A stretch of 64,000 nucleotides of DNA from Candidatus Poribacteria bacterium. GTDB taxonomy: Bacteria > Poribacteria > WGA-4E > WGA-3G. Where the stretch lies: assembly GCA_965205025.1 (NCBI GenBank), contig CBDBFU010000004.1:32001-96000 (forward strand), written 5' to 3'. Below, piece after piece: positions 1 through 9,906 of the stretch. Position 1 is the stretch's first letter. The number at the start of each line of letters is the position of its first letter. Position numbers and translations under genes: made by a program. Below the pieces are notes generated by a model. It had not been told where the DNA came from. It ran no database searches and was given only the letters and a program-made list of their open reading frames with translations.

Positions 1-174
1 AAGAAAACCACACCAACTGCCCAAGATATACCCGCCCTACATCCTGAGTTGCTGGAAATAGTCCGTAAACTTGAAACAACTCCAAATGCCAAAGAATTTG
101 AGAATATACCTTTCCAATATCGTGAAAAACTTAGACAATATTTCAAGGCTTTATCAACAAAAACTGTAAAGTAG
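1..174 (+). CDS. 3' end of a hypothetical protein (truncated by window edge)
   Basis: Frame 1 is open from base 1 to TAG at 172-174 (...IPFQYREKLRQYFKALSTKTVK*), directly before the AGGAG RBS of the next gene. Confidence 0.7.
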   Translation, partial: KKTTPTAQDIPALHPELLEIVRKLETTPNAKEFENIPFQYREKLRQYFKALSTKTVK

Positions 175-189
175 GAGTAAATACTTGAT

Positions 190-1860
190 ATGCGTAACTC
201 ATTAATTCCTCTTATTTCGCTTAGCCTCGTTGTCTTAACTACATTCTCCGTCAATGCCCAATCACATATTACAAAGGCTGATGCTGATATTGAGGCACTT
301 GTGTCTACTATGACAATAGATGAAAAAGTTGGACAACTCCTTATGTTCGGTATTGGAGGTACCAAAGTTGGACAAGTTGCTGAAGCACATATTACAAAAC
401 GCCTTGTCGGTGGTTTAGTACTCTTTGGTAAGAATGTAAAAGATCCTGTACAGTTGGCTAATCTAATTGCTGGCTTACAACAACTTTCATTACAAACACA
501 GAAAGGTATTCCATTGTTAATTGCAATGGACCAAGAAGGTGGAACAGTAGTTCGCATGAAAAAAGGTGCAACTGTACTACCGGGGAATCTTGCATTAGGG
601 GCTACAAGATCTATTGTATTAGCAGAAAAAGCTGGAAGACTCACCGCGGTAGAATTGTCTGCTGTTGGGGTAAATATGAATTTTGCACCGGTAATTGATG
701 TAAATACCAATCCGAAAAATCCGGTTATCGGTGTCCGCTCTTTTGGGGAATCAGCAGATCTTGTCGCGCAAATGGGAACTGCATACATACGTGGACTTCA
801 ACGGAATGGTGTTCTCGCAACTGCTAAACACTTTCCTGGCCACGGGGATACGACTGTTGATTCACACAAAAAACTGCCTATCATAACTCATGACAATAAA
901 CGTATTGAAACTGTTGAATTACGGCCATTTCGTGCGGCAATAAAAGCAGATGTTGCAGCAATTATGTCCGCACATATCCTTTATCCTGAACTTGATCCTG
1001 AATTACCTTCAACACTATCATACAATATCCTAACAAAACTTCTAAGACAGAAGTTAGGATTCAATGGTGTCATTATTACAGATGACATTGAAATGCAGGC
1101 AATAGATGCAAATTACGAATCTGGTAAAGCAGCTGTGATGGCAATTCAGGCTGGAGCAGATATAGTCCTTGTACCATGGAACTTAAAAAAACAGCAACGG
1201 GTTTATAATACCTTACGTCAGGCAGTACGGAACGGAAGAATTACCGAAACACGATTAAATCAATCTGTTAGACGCATCCTAAAAAGCAAGAAAAATTGTA
1301 ATGCCTTCGAAAAAAGAGAGGAATATAGGTACGCATCAAATCCAATTGACGGTCCAATTGAAATAGTAGGGAATTCAAAGCATCGAGAAACTGCTCAAAT
1401 TATTGCATCACAAGCAATAACTCTATTAAAGAATGATGACAATATCCTACCTTTAAGTACTGATTCAAAAGATCCATTACTACTGCTTAGTCCGTCACGT
1501 TTATTCTCAAACACTTTCCTAAAGGCACATCCGGAATTGGAACACATTACACCAGTTATTATTCCACCAAAAGTTAACCCTGAATATATATTACCTATAT
1601 TATTAAAGAATAATGCCAAGTTAATCGTTGCTGGCATACAAAATGCTCAACAAGCAGATCTAATTCACCAATTTAGCCAGAAAACTGACACACCAATCAT
1701 AGTGATATTGCTTTCATCTCCCTACCTTTTTGGAAAATGTCCTGATGTATCGGCTGCTATCGCAGCCTATGATGACAACTATTATTCATTACTCGGTGCA
1801 ATAGAAATCTTGTTAGGAAAGAAACAAGCAGTTGGTAAATTGCCTGTCACAATACCTTAA
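190..1860 (+). CDS. nagZ: GH3 beta-N-acetylhexosaminidase, exported
   Basis: Signal peptide; DQEGG, RSFG and the NagZ signature KHFPGHGDTTVDSH; C-terminal GH3 domain; AGGAG RBS. Confidence 0.9.
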   Translation: MRNSLIPLISLSLVVLTTFSVNAQSHITKADADIEALVSTMTIDEKVGQLLMFGIGGTKVGQVAEAHITKRLVGGLVLFGKNVKDPVQLANLIAGLQQLSLQTQKGIPLLIAMDQEGGTVVRMKKGATVLPGNLALGATRSIVLAEKAGRLTAVELSAVGVNMNFAPVIDVNTNPKNPVIGVRSFGESADLVAQMGTAYIRGLQRNGVLATAKHFPGHGDTTVDSHKKLPIITHDNKRIETVELRPFRAAIKADVAAIMSAHILYPELDPELPSTLSYNILTKLLRQKLGFNGVIITDDIEMQAIDANYESGKAAVMAIQAGADIVLVPWNLKKQQRVYNTLRQAVRNGRITETRLNQSVRRILKSKKNCNAFEKREEYRYASNPIDGPIEIVGNSKHRETAQIIASQAITLLKNDDNILPLSTDSKDPLLLLSPSRLFSNTFLKAHPELEHITPVIIPPKVNPEYILPILLKNNAKLIVAGIQNAQQADLIHQFSQKTDTPIIVILLSSPYLFGKCPDVSAAIAAYDDNYYSLLGAIEILLGKKQAVGKLPVTIP

Positions 1861-2153
1861 TGTCAATTCTACAGGACACTATCCTTCCCATCCAGATTTA
1901 CCGTTGTTTTTCCATGCCCATATAATCTTCACTTGGTAGATCAGGTCACCTATTATATGCAATACACGCATCTGGTGTTGAATTAATAGAAACCGAACCT
2001 TTATAGAACAGGTTTGAGGTAAAATATTATCTTTATACTCTTACATTTTGACAACAATTACTTTCTGATTATTGCCAATTTTCCTTATCAATTATACGAT
2101 TTTATCACAAACCTATTTGATAATATTGATATTGACAAATGGAGACATGATCC

Positions 2154-4022
2154 TTGATTTCATTACATTCTTTAGACTCAAGTACAGCTATGCAAGATTA
2201 CACACAATGGAATCTACCCACAGGTGTGAAAGCCCGTCTGGGGAAGGGTAGGATAAGTGATGTATTAAATCCATCTGAAATAGCATACTCTCCCGATGGA
2301 CAGTGTTTTGCTGTAGCAAGTGCCAATGGTATTTGGATATACGACGCACAGACGGCTAAAGAACTTAACCTCCTAACAGGACATACATCTGATAACACAA
2401 CCGTATCTTTCAGTCCAGATGGGGTTATCTTGGCAAGTGCGAGTGGGGACAATACCATCCGTTTGTGGGAAATTCAAACTGGAGCACATGTCGGAACATT
2501 GAAAGAGCATACATCTCGTATTAATAACATCGCATACAGTCCGAGTGGCTTATTATTAGCAAGTGCAGGTGATGACAATACAATTCGTCTGTGGGATGTG
2601 CAAACACATGATATGATTCGGACACTCAGAGGTCATACAGACAGGGTTACCAATGTTGTATTCAACCCAGACGAATCTATCTTGGTTAGCGCAAGTTGGG
2701 ACAATAACATATGTCTTTGGGATGTGCATTCTGGCACCTTGCTTCAAACACTCACAGGGCATACATCTACTGTCAGTAGAGTATCGATCTGTGCAGATGG
2801 AAAAACACTTGCAAGTTCAAGTTGGGACAAAACTGTGCGTTTGTGGGATATGCAAAAAGCAATGCATATACATACTCTTATAGGACATACGGGGAGGGTT
2901 ACCAACGTTCTATTTAGCCCAAATGGTGAATTACTTGCAACCACTGCGATGGATCATGATACAGATTTACGCTTGTGGGACATGCTGACAGGTGGTACAC
3001 CTCTTAAGATACTAAAAGGACATACGAGAAAAGTTACAAGTCTTGTGTTTAGTCCGGATGGGTCTACTTTGGTAACTGGAAGTGGGGACTGCACTGTCCG
3101 TCTGTGGGATGTGGCAAGTGGTACATCACGTCAGATAATTACAGACCATACCTTTCGTGTCGCAAGTATCGCCTACAGTCCGGATGGATCAATGTTAGCT
3201 AGTTCTGGATGGGATGAAACTATACCTATATGGAACACGTATACCGATGAATTACTTCATCGACTTAAAGGACATAAGGCTGATGTCGTAGACCTTGCGT
3301 TTAGTCCTGATGGAAAGACAATCGCAACTTCAAGTTGGGATAGAACAGCACGTTTATGGGATGTGAAGACAGGTACATCTTTACACATACTGACAGAGCA
3401 TCGTGACTTTGTCAATTGTGTAATTTTCAGTCCTGATGGCAAGACCCTTGCCACTGGGTGTGCTGGGAGTGCTGACAATGATGTGCGTTTGTGGGATGTA
3501 GCGAAGGGAAAACTCATATTGACATTGACAGATCATACGCGGAGTATCAATAGCGTAGCGTTCAGTCCTGATGGCAAGACTCTTGTGAGTTCAAGTGATG
3601 ACAGGACAGTCCGTTTTTGGGATGTAGAAACTGGAGCACATATTCGAGTACTTAATGAGCATACGAAATCTGTTTATAGTGTTGCATTCAGTCCTGATGG
3701 AAAGATACTTGCAAGTTCGAGTGACGACAGGACAATACATTTATGGAATATACAGACTGAAACATATTCACACCGTCTCACAGGACATACCGATGGTGTA
3801 AGGTGCGTTATATTCAGTCCAGATGGAAAAACACTCGCAAGTGGGAGTAGAGACAATGATGTGCGTTTATGGGATACTCAAACAGGTAAACACCTAAAGA
3901 CATTGCAGGGTCATACAGGACTGGTTTATACAGTTGTATTCAGTCCAGATGGAAAAACACTCGCAAGCGGGAGTCGTGACGGCAGCTTGCTGTTTTGGGA
4001 CCTTGATTCACAAAACCAGTAG
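2154..4022 (+). CDS. WD40-repeat (double beta-propeller) protein
   Basis: About 14 repeats of GH...V.FSPDG..LAS.S.D..RLWD; N-terminal QWNLPTGVKARLGKG. Start codon uncertain. Confidence 0.93.
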   Translation: MISLHSLDSSTAMQDYTQWNLPTGVKARLGKGRISDVLNPSEIAYSPDGQCFAVASANGIWIYDAQTAKELNLLTGHTSDNTTVSFSPDGVILASASGDNTIRLWEIQTGAHVGTLKEHTSRINNIAYSPSGLLLASAGDDNTIRLWDVQTHDMIRTLRGHTDRVTNVVFNPDESILVSASWDNNICLWDVHSGTLLQTLTGHTSTVSRVSICADGKTLASSSWDKTVRLWDMQKAMHIHTLIGHTGRVTNVLFSPNGELLATTAMDHDTDLRLWDMLTGGTPLKILKGHTRKVTSLVFSPDGSTLVTGSGDCTVRLWDVASGTSRQIITDHTFRVASIAYSPDGSMLASSGWDETIPIWNTYTDELLHRLKGHKADVVDLAFSPDGKTIATSSWDRTARLWDVKTGTSLHILTEHRDFVNCVIFSPDGKTLATGCAGSADNDVRLWDVAKGKLILTLTDHTRSINSVAFSPDGKTLVSSSDDRTVRFWDVETGAHIRVLNEHTKSVYSVAFSPDGKILASSSDDRTIHLWNIQTETYSHRLTGHTDGVRCVIFSPDGKTLASGSRDNDVRLWDTQTGKHLKTLQGHTGLVYTVVFSPDGKTLASGSRDGSLLFWDLDSQNQ

Positions 4023-4103
4023 AACTCTACTTTATATGTTCTACTACATAGTGCTATTTTACGGTGATAGTTGCGAAACCACCAAAACGAAAATCGAATA
4101 AAG

Positions 4104-4132
4104 TTGACAGTATAAATTTGATTGTGTATACT
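4104..4132 (+). promoter_or_regulatory. sigma70-type promoter
   Basis: TTGACA-N17-TATACT upstream of the 4203 ORF. Confidence 0.6.
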
Positions 4133-4202
4133 TAATACATTTAAGGTAAATGGGTTGAATATATTATGTTATGAAATTGAACATCAATACAAATTGATTA
4201 TC

Positions 4203-5243
4203 ATGGCAAAGAAAAAAAGCAGATCTGTTAACGTCGCTCGCAAACGAGAAAAACGGAATAGGGACCGAAAATCAAAGAGCAAGAAAATAGCTGCTGAAAA
4301 ACACCATAAATTACCTTTAGAGAGGATGGATGAGGAACGTTTACATTCATATCTATTGAAAAGTTATGATCTGCTTGATGAACCAGAAATTCAAAAGCTC
4401 CATTTTGATCTGGATATGGTAGAAATCGAATTATTAGATTTAATCAGGAAAACAGAACATCAAGGTTCAAATGCGGAAGAAGATGCAGCATTAGTATTTC
4501 AAACGTTTGAAGTCTATGAAACAGATATCTTATCTCGGTTAATTACCACACAATTCAGAAAACAACTGCTGTGGTCGTTAAATGCATGTGAAAATAGGTT
4601 AAAAAAGTATGGCAAACATGAACGAGCTGAAGTCGCATACGTAGCACGGGCTTTATTTGAAATAGTGCCAGCAGATGTTATGGCAGGACATCCAATCATA
4701 CAATGCATCGGTAAACAGAGCATACAACTACTTGTTGAAGATAGAATTAATTCTGATGATTTGTCTCCAGTGAGTGATTATCTACCAGAAGTACAGGAAA
4801 TTGATTATTCTGAATTTCAACAGAATGAATCGTTTCAAAGCCTGTTTTCTGATGCAATATCAAAAAAGTCAAACGATATTGAAGAAAACCAACAGGAATC
4901 GATCGTTAACATACCATCCTTAGTTCAAGAGCAAGAGAGTGAATTATATCCAGAAACTCTACCAGCGAAGGCTTTATACAAGAATTTTGATGGATTAAAA
5001 ATCAGAGATAGTCTAATTAATTGGAAGGGACAATTCCTTGAAAAAGAAACTGAAACTCAACTTGATTTTATCAATAGGGATTGCGAGTTATATATAACAG
5101 TTACTGAGAATCGATTACAGTTACATGCTGAGAGTGAAGAAAAACTAAATACAGCTATGGCAAATTTAGAGATGCACTGCCAATCGGCGGTGATGTATCT
5201 TGCTAAGACTTTTGATGAAGGAGGTGAAACCGATGCCACGTAG
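4203..5243 (+). CDS. hypothetical protein with basic N-terminus
   Basis: Long ORF; likely start MAKKKSRS at 4203, because the track start at 4122 lies inside the predicted promoter. No family recognised. Confidence 0.75.
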   Translation: MAKKKSRSVNVARKREKRNRDRKSKSKKIAAEKHHKLPLERMDEERLHSYLLKSYDLLDEPEIQKLHFDLDMVEIELLDLIRKTEHQGSNAEEDAALVFQTFEVYETDILSRLITTQFRKQLLWSLNACENRLKKYGKHERAEVAYVARALFEIVPADVMAGHPIIQCIGKQSIQLLVEDRINSDDLSPVSDYLPEVQEIDYSEFQQNESFQSLFSDAISKKSNDIEENQQESIVNIPSLVQEQESELYPETLPAKALYKNFDGLKIRDSLINWKGQFLEKETETQLDFINRDCELYITVTENRLQLHAESEEKLNTAMANLEMHCQSAVMYLAKTFDEGGETDAT

Positions 5244-5346
5244 TAAAAGCGGACAGGTTAGACGCAGAACACAAATTCGACAACGTCAATTACGACGAAA
5301 AAAAAGAAAAAAAGCCCAACTTAAAGAACTTTTAGCAAATAAGTAG
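5233..5346 (+). CDS. 37-aa Arg/Lys-rich small protein
   Basis: GGAGGTG RBS then ATG: MPRSKSGQVRRRTQIRQRQLRRKKRKKAQLKELLANK*; overlaps the upstream stop; below the ORF-track cutoff. Confidence 0.65.
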   Translation: MPRSKSGQVRRRTQIRQRQLRRKKRKKAQLKELLANK

Positions 5347-5552
5347 TAAGATTTCATTAATTCATAACGGGTAAACATTGATATCTTCTATTAATAGTAT
5401 TCGGGAAAATTACCTATATATCATTTACAAGAATATCTACGGTTTGATATCCGCTGGACAGGAGTTATTCTATTCTGAATAAATGACTTGTTTTTTGTAC
5501 ACTAATAAACCTTAGATTCATCCAATAAAATAGAAAACATTACAAGAATAAT

Positions 5553-5582
5553 TTGACATTCAATCTATTGTGATATTATAAT
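5553..5582 (+). promoter_or_regulatory. sigma70-type promoter of iron operon 1
   Basis: TTGACA-N18-TATAAT. Confidence 0.55.
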
Positions 5583-5614
5583 TACTTCTATAAATTAAGA
5601 CCAGCAATATCCAT

Positions 5615-5633
5615 GATATTGAGATACAATATC
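5615..5633. promoter_or_regulatory. Fur-box-like palindrome
   Basis: GATATTGAGATACAATATC, 19 bp with inverted arms; resembles the Fur consensus GATAATGATAATCATTATC. Confidence 0.7.
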
Positions 5634-5689
5634 ACAACAGATTAAATCTACAAGAAAATTATGTTGAATCAGTCAAAGTAAATATATTT

Positions 5690-5708
5690 GATATTGTGTC
5701 TCATTATC
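5690..5708. promoter_or_regulatory. Fur-box-like palindrome
   Basis: GATATTGTGTCTCATTATC (reverse complement GATAATGAGACACAATATC), 22 nt before the ATG. Confidence 0.7.
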
Positions 5709-5730
5709 ATATTTTCTTCTGAGATATATT

Positions 5731-6942
5731 ATGAAGTTATTTCGTGTTCTAATATTGATATGGACCTGCTTATACATTACTATCACTGCCAATGCTGATG
5801 AAAAACCATTTTCTGTATCTGGTTATGGTGTAATAAACTACTCACATTTTAATTGGGACCTTGATCCAGATAGACGGGCTGCATTGGATTTAGAAAGATT
5901 GGTTGTTGCCCCAAAATACCGCATTAACAACACTATTCGTCTTGAAGCTGAGCTTGAATTTGAACACGGTGGTACTGGTAGTACGATGGAATTTGATAAA
6001 TTTGAGGAATTTGGTGAATTTGAGTTTGAAATAGAAAAAGGTGGGGAAGTTATTGTTGAAAAACTTGCAGCGGTTTTCTCAATAAAACCTTCTTATAACT
6101 TCCGTATCGGACATATCATCGTCCCTATAGGACTTGTGTCTAAACGTCATCGACCACAACACTATTTTACAACAACCCGTCCAGAAGCCGAAACACACAT
6201 CATTCCGACAATTTGGCACGAAACTGGAGTTGAAGTTTTTGGTTCATTTGGTCCAGTAAGTTACCAAGCACAAATTGTCAATGGATTAGACTCTACTGGA
6301 TTTAGTTCAAGGTACTGGATTGTGCGAGGACATCAATTACGATTTGAAACTGTAAATGCTGAAACCCCTGCTTATGTTGGAAGACTCGATTATAACTTCC
6401 AGAAGAATGGAACCATCGGTGTCTCAGGTTATTATGGAGATACCGCTGCAAATCGACCTAAACCTGATGTTGACTTCAATGCAAACGTCGGGATTATAGG
6501 TCTGCATGGTTTTTATGAGGAAAATGCAATTATACTACGTGGATTGTTCCTAATGGGAACTTTGGAAAATGCACATCTACTTTCAAAAGTCAATCGGACA
6601 TTATCCAATAATCTGAATGTTAAACGCACACCAATAGGTAGTTCAGCAATAGGATGGTATATTGAAGCAGGTTATGATGTCCTCTCTTTCTTAAAGAAAA
6701 ATAAAGAAACACACCAAAGACTTGAGGTTTTTGGACGGTACGATTATTACGATACTATGGCAAGTGTGGAAGGCGTTATTTTTGATAATCCCCGATGGGA
6801 ACGAAGAACTTGGACAATGGGTTTAAACTACCATGTCCACCCGCAATTAGTTTTCAAGAGTCATTATTCTTTACGAAGGTTAGCTACCAAGGAGAAAAAC
6901 AAAGAAGATACATTTTCACTTGGTTTCGGTTTTCAATATTAA
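5731..6942 (+). CDS. outer-membrane beta-barrel/porin of imelysin-type iron clusters
   Basis: Signal peptide; ELEFEHGGTG...E motif; PTIWHETG; C-terminal aromatic strand (LGFGFQY); first gene after the Fur boxes. Confidence 0.8.
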   Translation: MKLFRVLILIWTCLYITITANADEKPFSVSGYGVINYSHFNWDLDPDRRAALDLERLVVAPKYRINNTIRLEAELEFEHGGTGSTMEFDKFEEFGEFEFEIEKGGEVIVEKLAAVFSIKPSYNFRIGHIIVPIGLVSKRHRPQHYFTTTRPEAETHIIPTIWHETGVEVFGSFGPVSYQAQIVNGLDSTGFSSRYWIVRGHQLRFETVNAETPAYVGRLDYNFQKNGTIGVSGYYGDTAANRPKPDVDFNANVGIIGLHGFYEENAIILRGLFLMGTLENAHLLSKVNRTLSNNLNVKRTPIGSSAIGWYIEAGYDVLSFLKKNKETHQRLEVFGRYDYYDTMASVEGVIFDNPRWERRTWTMGLNYHVHPQLVFKSHYSLRRLATKEKNKEDTFSLGFGFQY

Positions 6943-6986
6943 TTTTTCAATTACTGAATAAAATGGAAATTCATAAGGAGGATATA

Positions 6987-8075
6987 ATGAATTTCAATAA
7001 ATGGATATCAATGTTGTCATGCCTGTGTGTTTTGGTATTTCTTTTGGGTTGTGGCGCTGAAGATGATACAGATGGAGACGACGAACCAAAGGCTGAAGCA
7101 TTCCAATCCAGTACAATGCTAAATGATTTCGCGAATACTGTCGTTTTAGCAACCTATACGGAATTGGATAAGAAAGCAGGAGAACTATTGGATGCAGTTA
7201 AGGTATTGGAAAGTGATACCACACAATCAAATCTTGTGAAAGCACAAGAGGCATGGAAAGCCACACGTACACCGTGGGAACAGAGCGAAGCATTCTTGTT
7301 CGGACCGGTTGATACACAAGGTCTCGACCCCGCATTGGATAGTTGGCCAGTTGACCACGTTAACCTACAATCTGTGTTAGATAGCAATGACAACCTAACA
7401 GTAGATTATGTCAATGGCTTAGAGGATACACAAAAAGGTTTTCATACAATTGAATTTTTATTATTCCGAGATGGAGATCAACGGAAAGCCTCAGATATAA
7501 CGGATCGTGAATTGGAATATCTTGTCTCAACAACAGAAAACCTTAAGGCAAGTACTTCACAACTACGATTAGCATGGGCACCAGAAGGTGAGAATTTCAG
7601 TAGTTCTGTTGCTCAAGCTGGAACAGGAAGTATTATTTACACATCTCAGAGCGCGGCTGTTCAGGAAATGGTTAACGGTATGATTACAATCGCCGATGAA
7701 GTCGCAAACGGGAAAATATCCGACCCCTATAATGAATCAAACACCACACTTGTGGAATCACAATTCAGTTTTAATTCTATCTCTGATTTTCAAGATAATA
7801 TTAGAGGTATTCAAAATGTCTATCTCGGTAAATATATGAATGATGGACAAGGATTAAATGAATTTGTAAATACCAAAAATGCAGAATTAGATTCACGGTT
7901 TCAATCTGAAATACAAAATGCGATTGACACCATTGGGGCAATCCCTGATCCTTTCCGGGATTCTATTACTAAGAGTCGAAGTTCTGTACAGGCAGCAATT
8001 GATGCCGTAAGTAAAGTTCAGTTAACTTTGGAACAAGATATTCTTCCACTTGTACAATCAAGTGAGTTCAATTAG
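6987..8075 (+). CDS. imelysin (peptidase M75 family, IrpA-like) iron-regulated lipoprotein
   Basis: AAGGAGG RBS; lipobox LLGC; WEQSEAFLFGPV, LDSWP and the imelysin motif GFHTIE. Confidence 0.9.
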   Translation: MNFNKWISMLSCLCVLVFLLGCGAEDDTDGDDEPKAEAFQSSTMLNDFANTVVLATYTELDKKAGELLDAVKVLESDTTQSNLVKAQEAWKATRTPWEQSEAFLFGPVDTQGLDPALDSWPVDHVNLQSVLDSNDNLTVDYVNGLEDTQKGFHTIEFLLFRDGDQRKASDITDRELEYLVSTTENLKASTSQLRLAWAPEGENFSSSVAQAGTGSIIYTSQSAAVQEMVNGMITIADEVANGKISDPYNESNTTLVESQFSFNSISDFQDNIRGIQNVYLGKYMNDGQGLNEFVNTKNAELDSRFQSEIQNAIDTIGAIPDPFRDSITKSRSSVQAAIDAVSKVQLTLEQDILPLVQSSEFN

Positions 8076-8106
8076 ATAGATTTCAATACCCAAAACTCTA
8101 TGACTA

Positions 8107-8148
8107 TTACTATTGTTGGGAATAGATTTTCTACTTTCCAACAATAGT
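8107..8148 (+). terminator. hairpin, possible intrinsic terminator
   Basis: ACTATTGTTGG...CCAACAATAGT stem followed by T residues. Confidence 0.5.
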
Positions 8149-8212
8149 TTTAAAACAAAATCTTATATTTTCACTTGTTTTAGAACTAAGATTCAGCAGT
8201 TTTTAAAATTAT

Positions 8213-9611
8213 ATGAAGTATTTCAATGTAGTATTACTTTTTTCTATGATTTTCTTCATCAGTGGTTGTGAAACAGACCGTGAGACAGACAATTTAAACA
8301 ACACACAAACGAATTCAACCATTCCTCTGGCTGGAGGGGAAACAACTGTTTTTGATGCATCAAGTCATGCATTCTCCATCCCAGCACCAAATCTCTCAGC
8401 GGATGCTTTGAATAAACACCTTGAAGGGGATGTAGAATTTGAAGCTGTCTTTGTTACCTCCCCAGCAGTTGTGAATCCGGGATTGGGACCAATATATAAT
8501 AACGTCTCTTGTATTAATTGTCATTCTCGTGATGGACGTGGACGACCTCCCACTGTTAATGAAGAACTCGTTTCTTTACTATTCAGACTTAGTCTTCCCA
8601 ATCCAAATAACATTGTAAATGGAAAACAACCTATACCTGTCCCCGGGTATGGCACCCAACTGAATAATCGGGCAATTTACGGAACACCTGCTGAAGGAAA
8701 TGTTGACATTACCTATACAGAACAACCTATAGTAACATCAGATGGAACGAAAATACATCTACGATATCCAAGTTATTCTATAACAGATGCTTATCATCCA
8801 CTACCTGAAGACATTGAGGTATCCCCACGAGTAGCTCCAGTGGTATTTGGTCTCGGTTTGTTGGAAGCTATCCCTCAGGAAGTTATCCTTTCAAACGCAG
8901 ATGAATCAGATGTTAATCAGGATGGTATATCAGGAAAACCTAATTTTGTTTGGGATGTAGTAAAAAAGCAATACGTCTTAGGACGATTCGGTTGGAAAGC
9001 AAACCAGCCAAACCTACTACAACAAGTAGCTTCAGCCTATCATGATGATATGGGGTTAACAACTTCACTGTTCCAGATGGAAAATTCAAAAGGACAATCA
9101 CAACATACTGAAGTAAGTACATCACCAGAAATAAGCGATGAGATATTGGATGTAGTGACATTTTATGTTCAAACATTAGCAGTACCAGCACGACGTAATG
9201 TGGATGATCCTAAAGTAATTCAAGGAGAACAACTTTTTACACAAGCACAATGTGGTACATGTCACACCCCAACACACAGAACTGGTTTATTCCAGGGTAT
9301 ACCATCAGTAAGTAATCAAACAATTCATCCATACACCGACCTATTACTTCACGATATGGGACCCAGATTTAGCAGACAATCGTCCTGATTTTCAAGCAAC
9401 TGGTACGGAATGGCGAACACCACCCTTATGGGGAATAGGTTTAGTACGGACTGTCAATGGCCACACCAATTTCCTACATGATGGTAGAGCTCGTGATCTT
9501 ATGGAAGCTGTTCTTTGGCACGGTGGTGAAGCTGAAAAATCTCGCAATATTACATTAGAGATGTCCCAAACTGAACGAAATGCATTAATTGCATTCTTAA
9601 ATTCATTGTAA
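8213..9611 (+). CDS. di-heme oxidoreductase family (DUF1111) lipoprotein, +1 frameshift near 9362-9364
   Basis: Two CxxCH motifs (CINCH, CGTCH); GRFGWKA; YTDLLLHDMG. Removing one C restores GPDLADNRPD...EWRTPPLWGIG...LHDGRAR...FLNSL* ending at 9611. Confidence 0.88.
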
Positions 9612-9630
9612 TTCAATTCCACAAAAGGAT

Positions 9631-9888
9631 ATGGGAATGAATCTAACTATAATGACCATTAATTGCAGTATATTAATAATAATGTTTTTAATTGGACTTT
9701 GCTTTTGTGGTTGTGAAAGCGACCCAATACTATCTCCTCAAGTTGAAGTATCTGAGGAATCGGGTAGTTACGGAAATACAAACATTGAGATTAATGAATC
9801 TGAAACCAGTTCAAATAAAGTGAATAATCAACAGAAAAGAAGAATTCGTAGCAAGTTTAACAAGAATACAAACCCTAAACTCTTCTAA
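9631..9888 (+). CDS. small putative lipoprotein
   Basis: Hydrophobic N-terminus ending FCGC; fills the gap between operon genes. Confidence 0.55.
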   Translation: MGMNLTIMTINCSILIIMFLIGLCFCGCESDPILSPQVEVSEESGSYGNTNIEINESETSSNKVNNQQKRRIRSKFNKNTNPKLF

Positions 9889-9906
9889 GGTACAGGATTA
9901 TCTTTT

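Noticed and set aside
6795-6986. Upstream ORF-track starts (also 4122, 21729, 22776, 39985, 29407)
   Set aside because: Downstream starts have better RBS, signal-peptide or promoter support and avoid overlaps.
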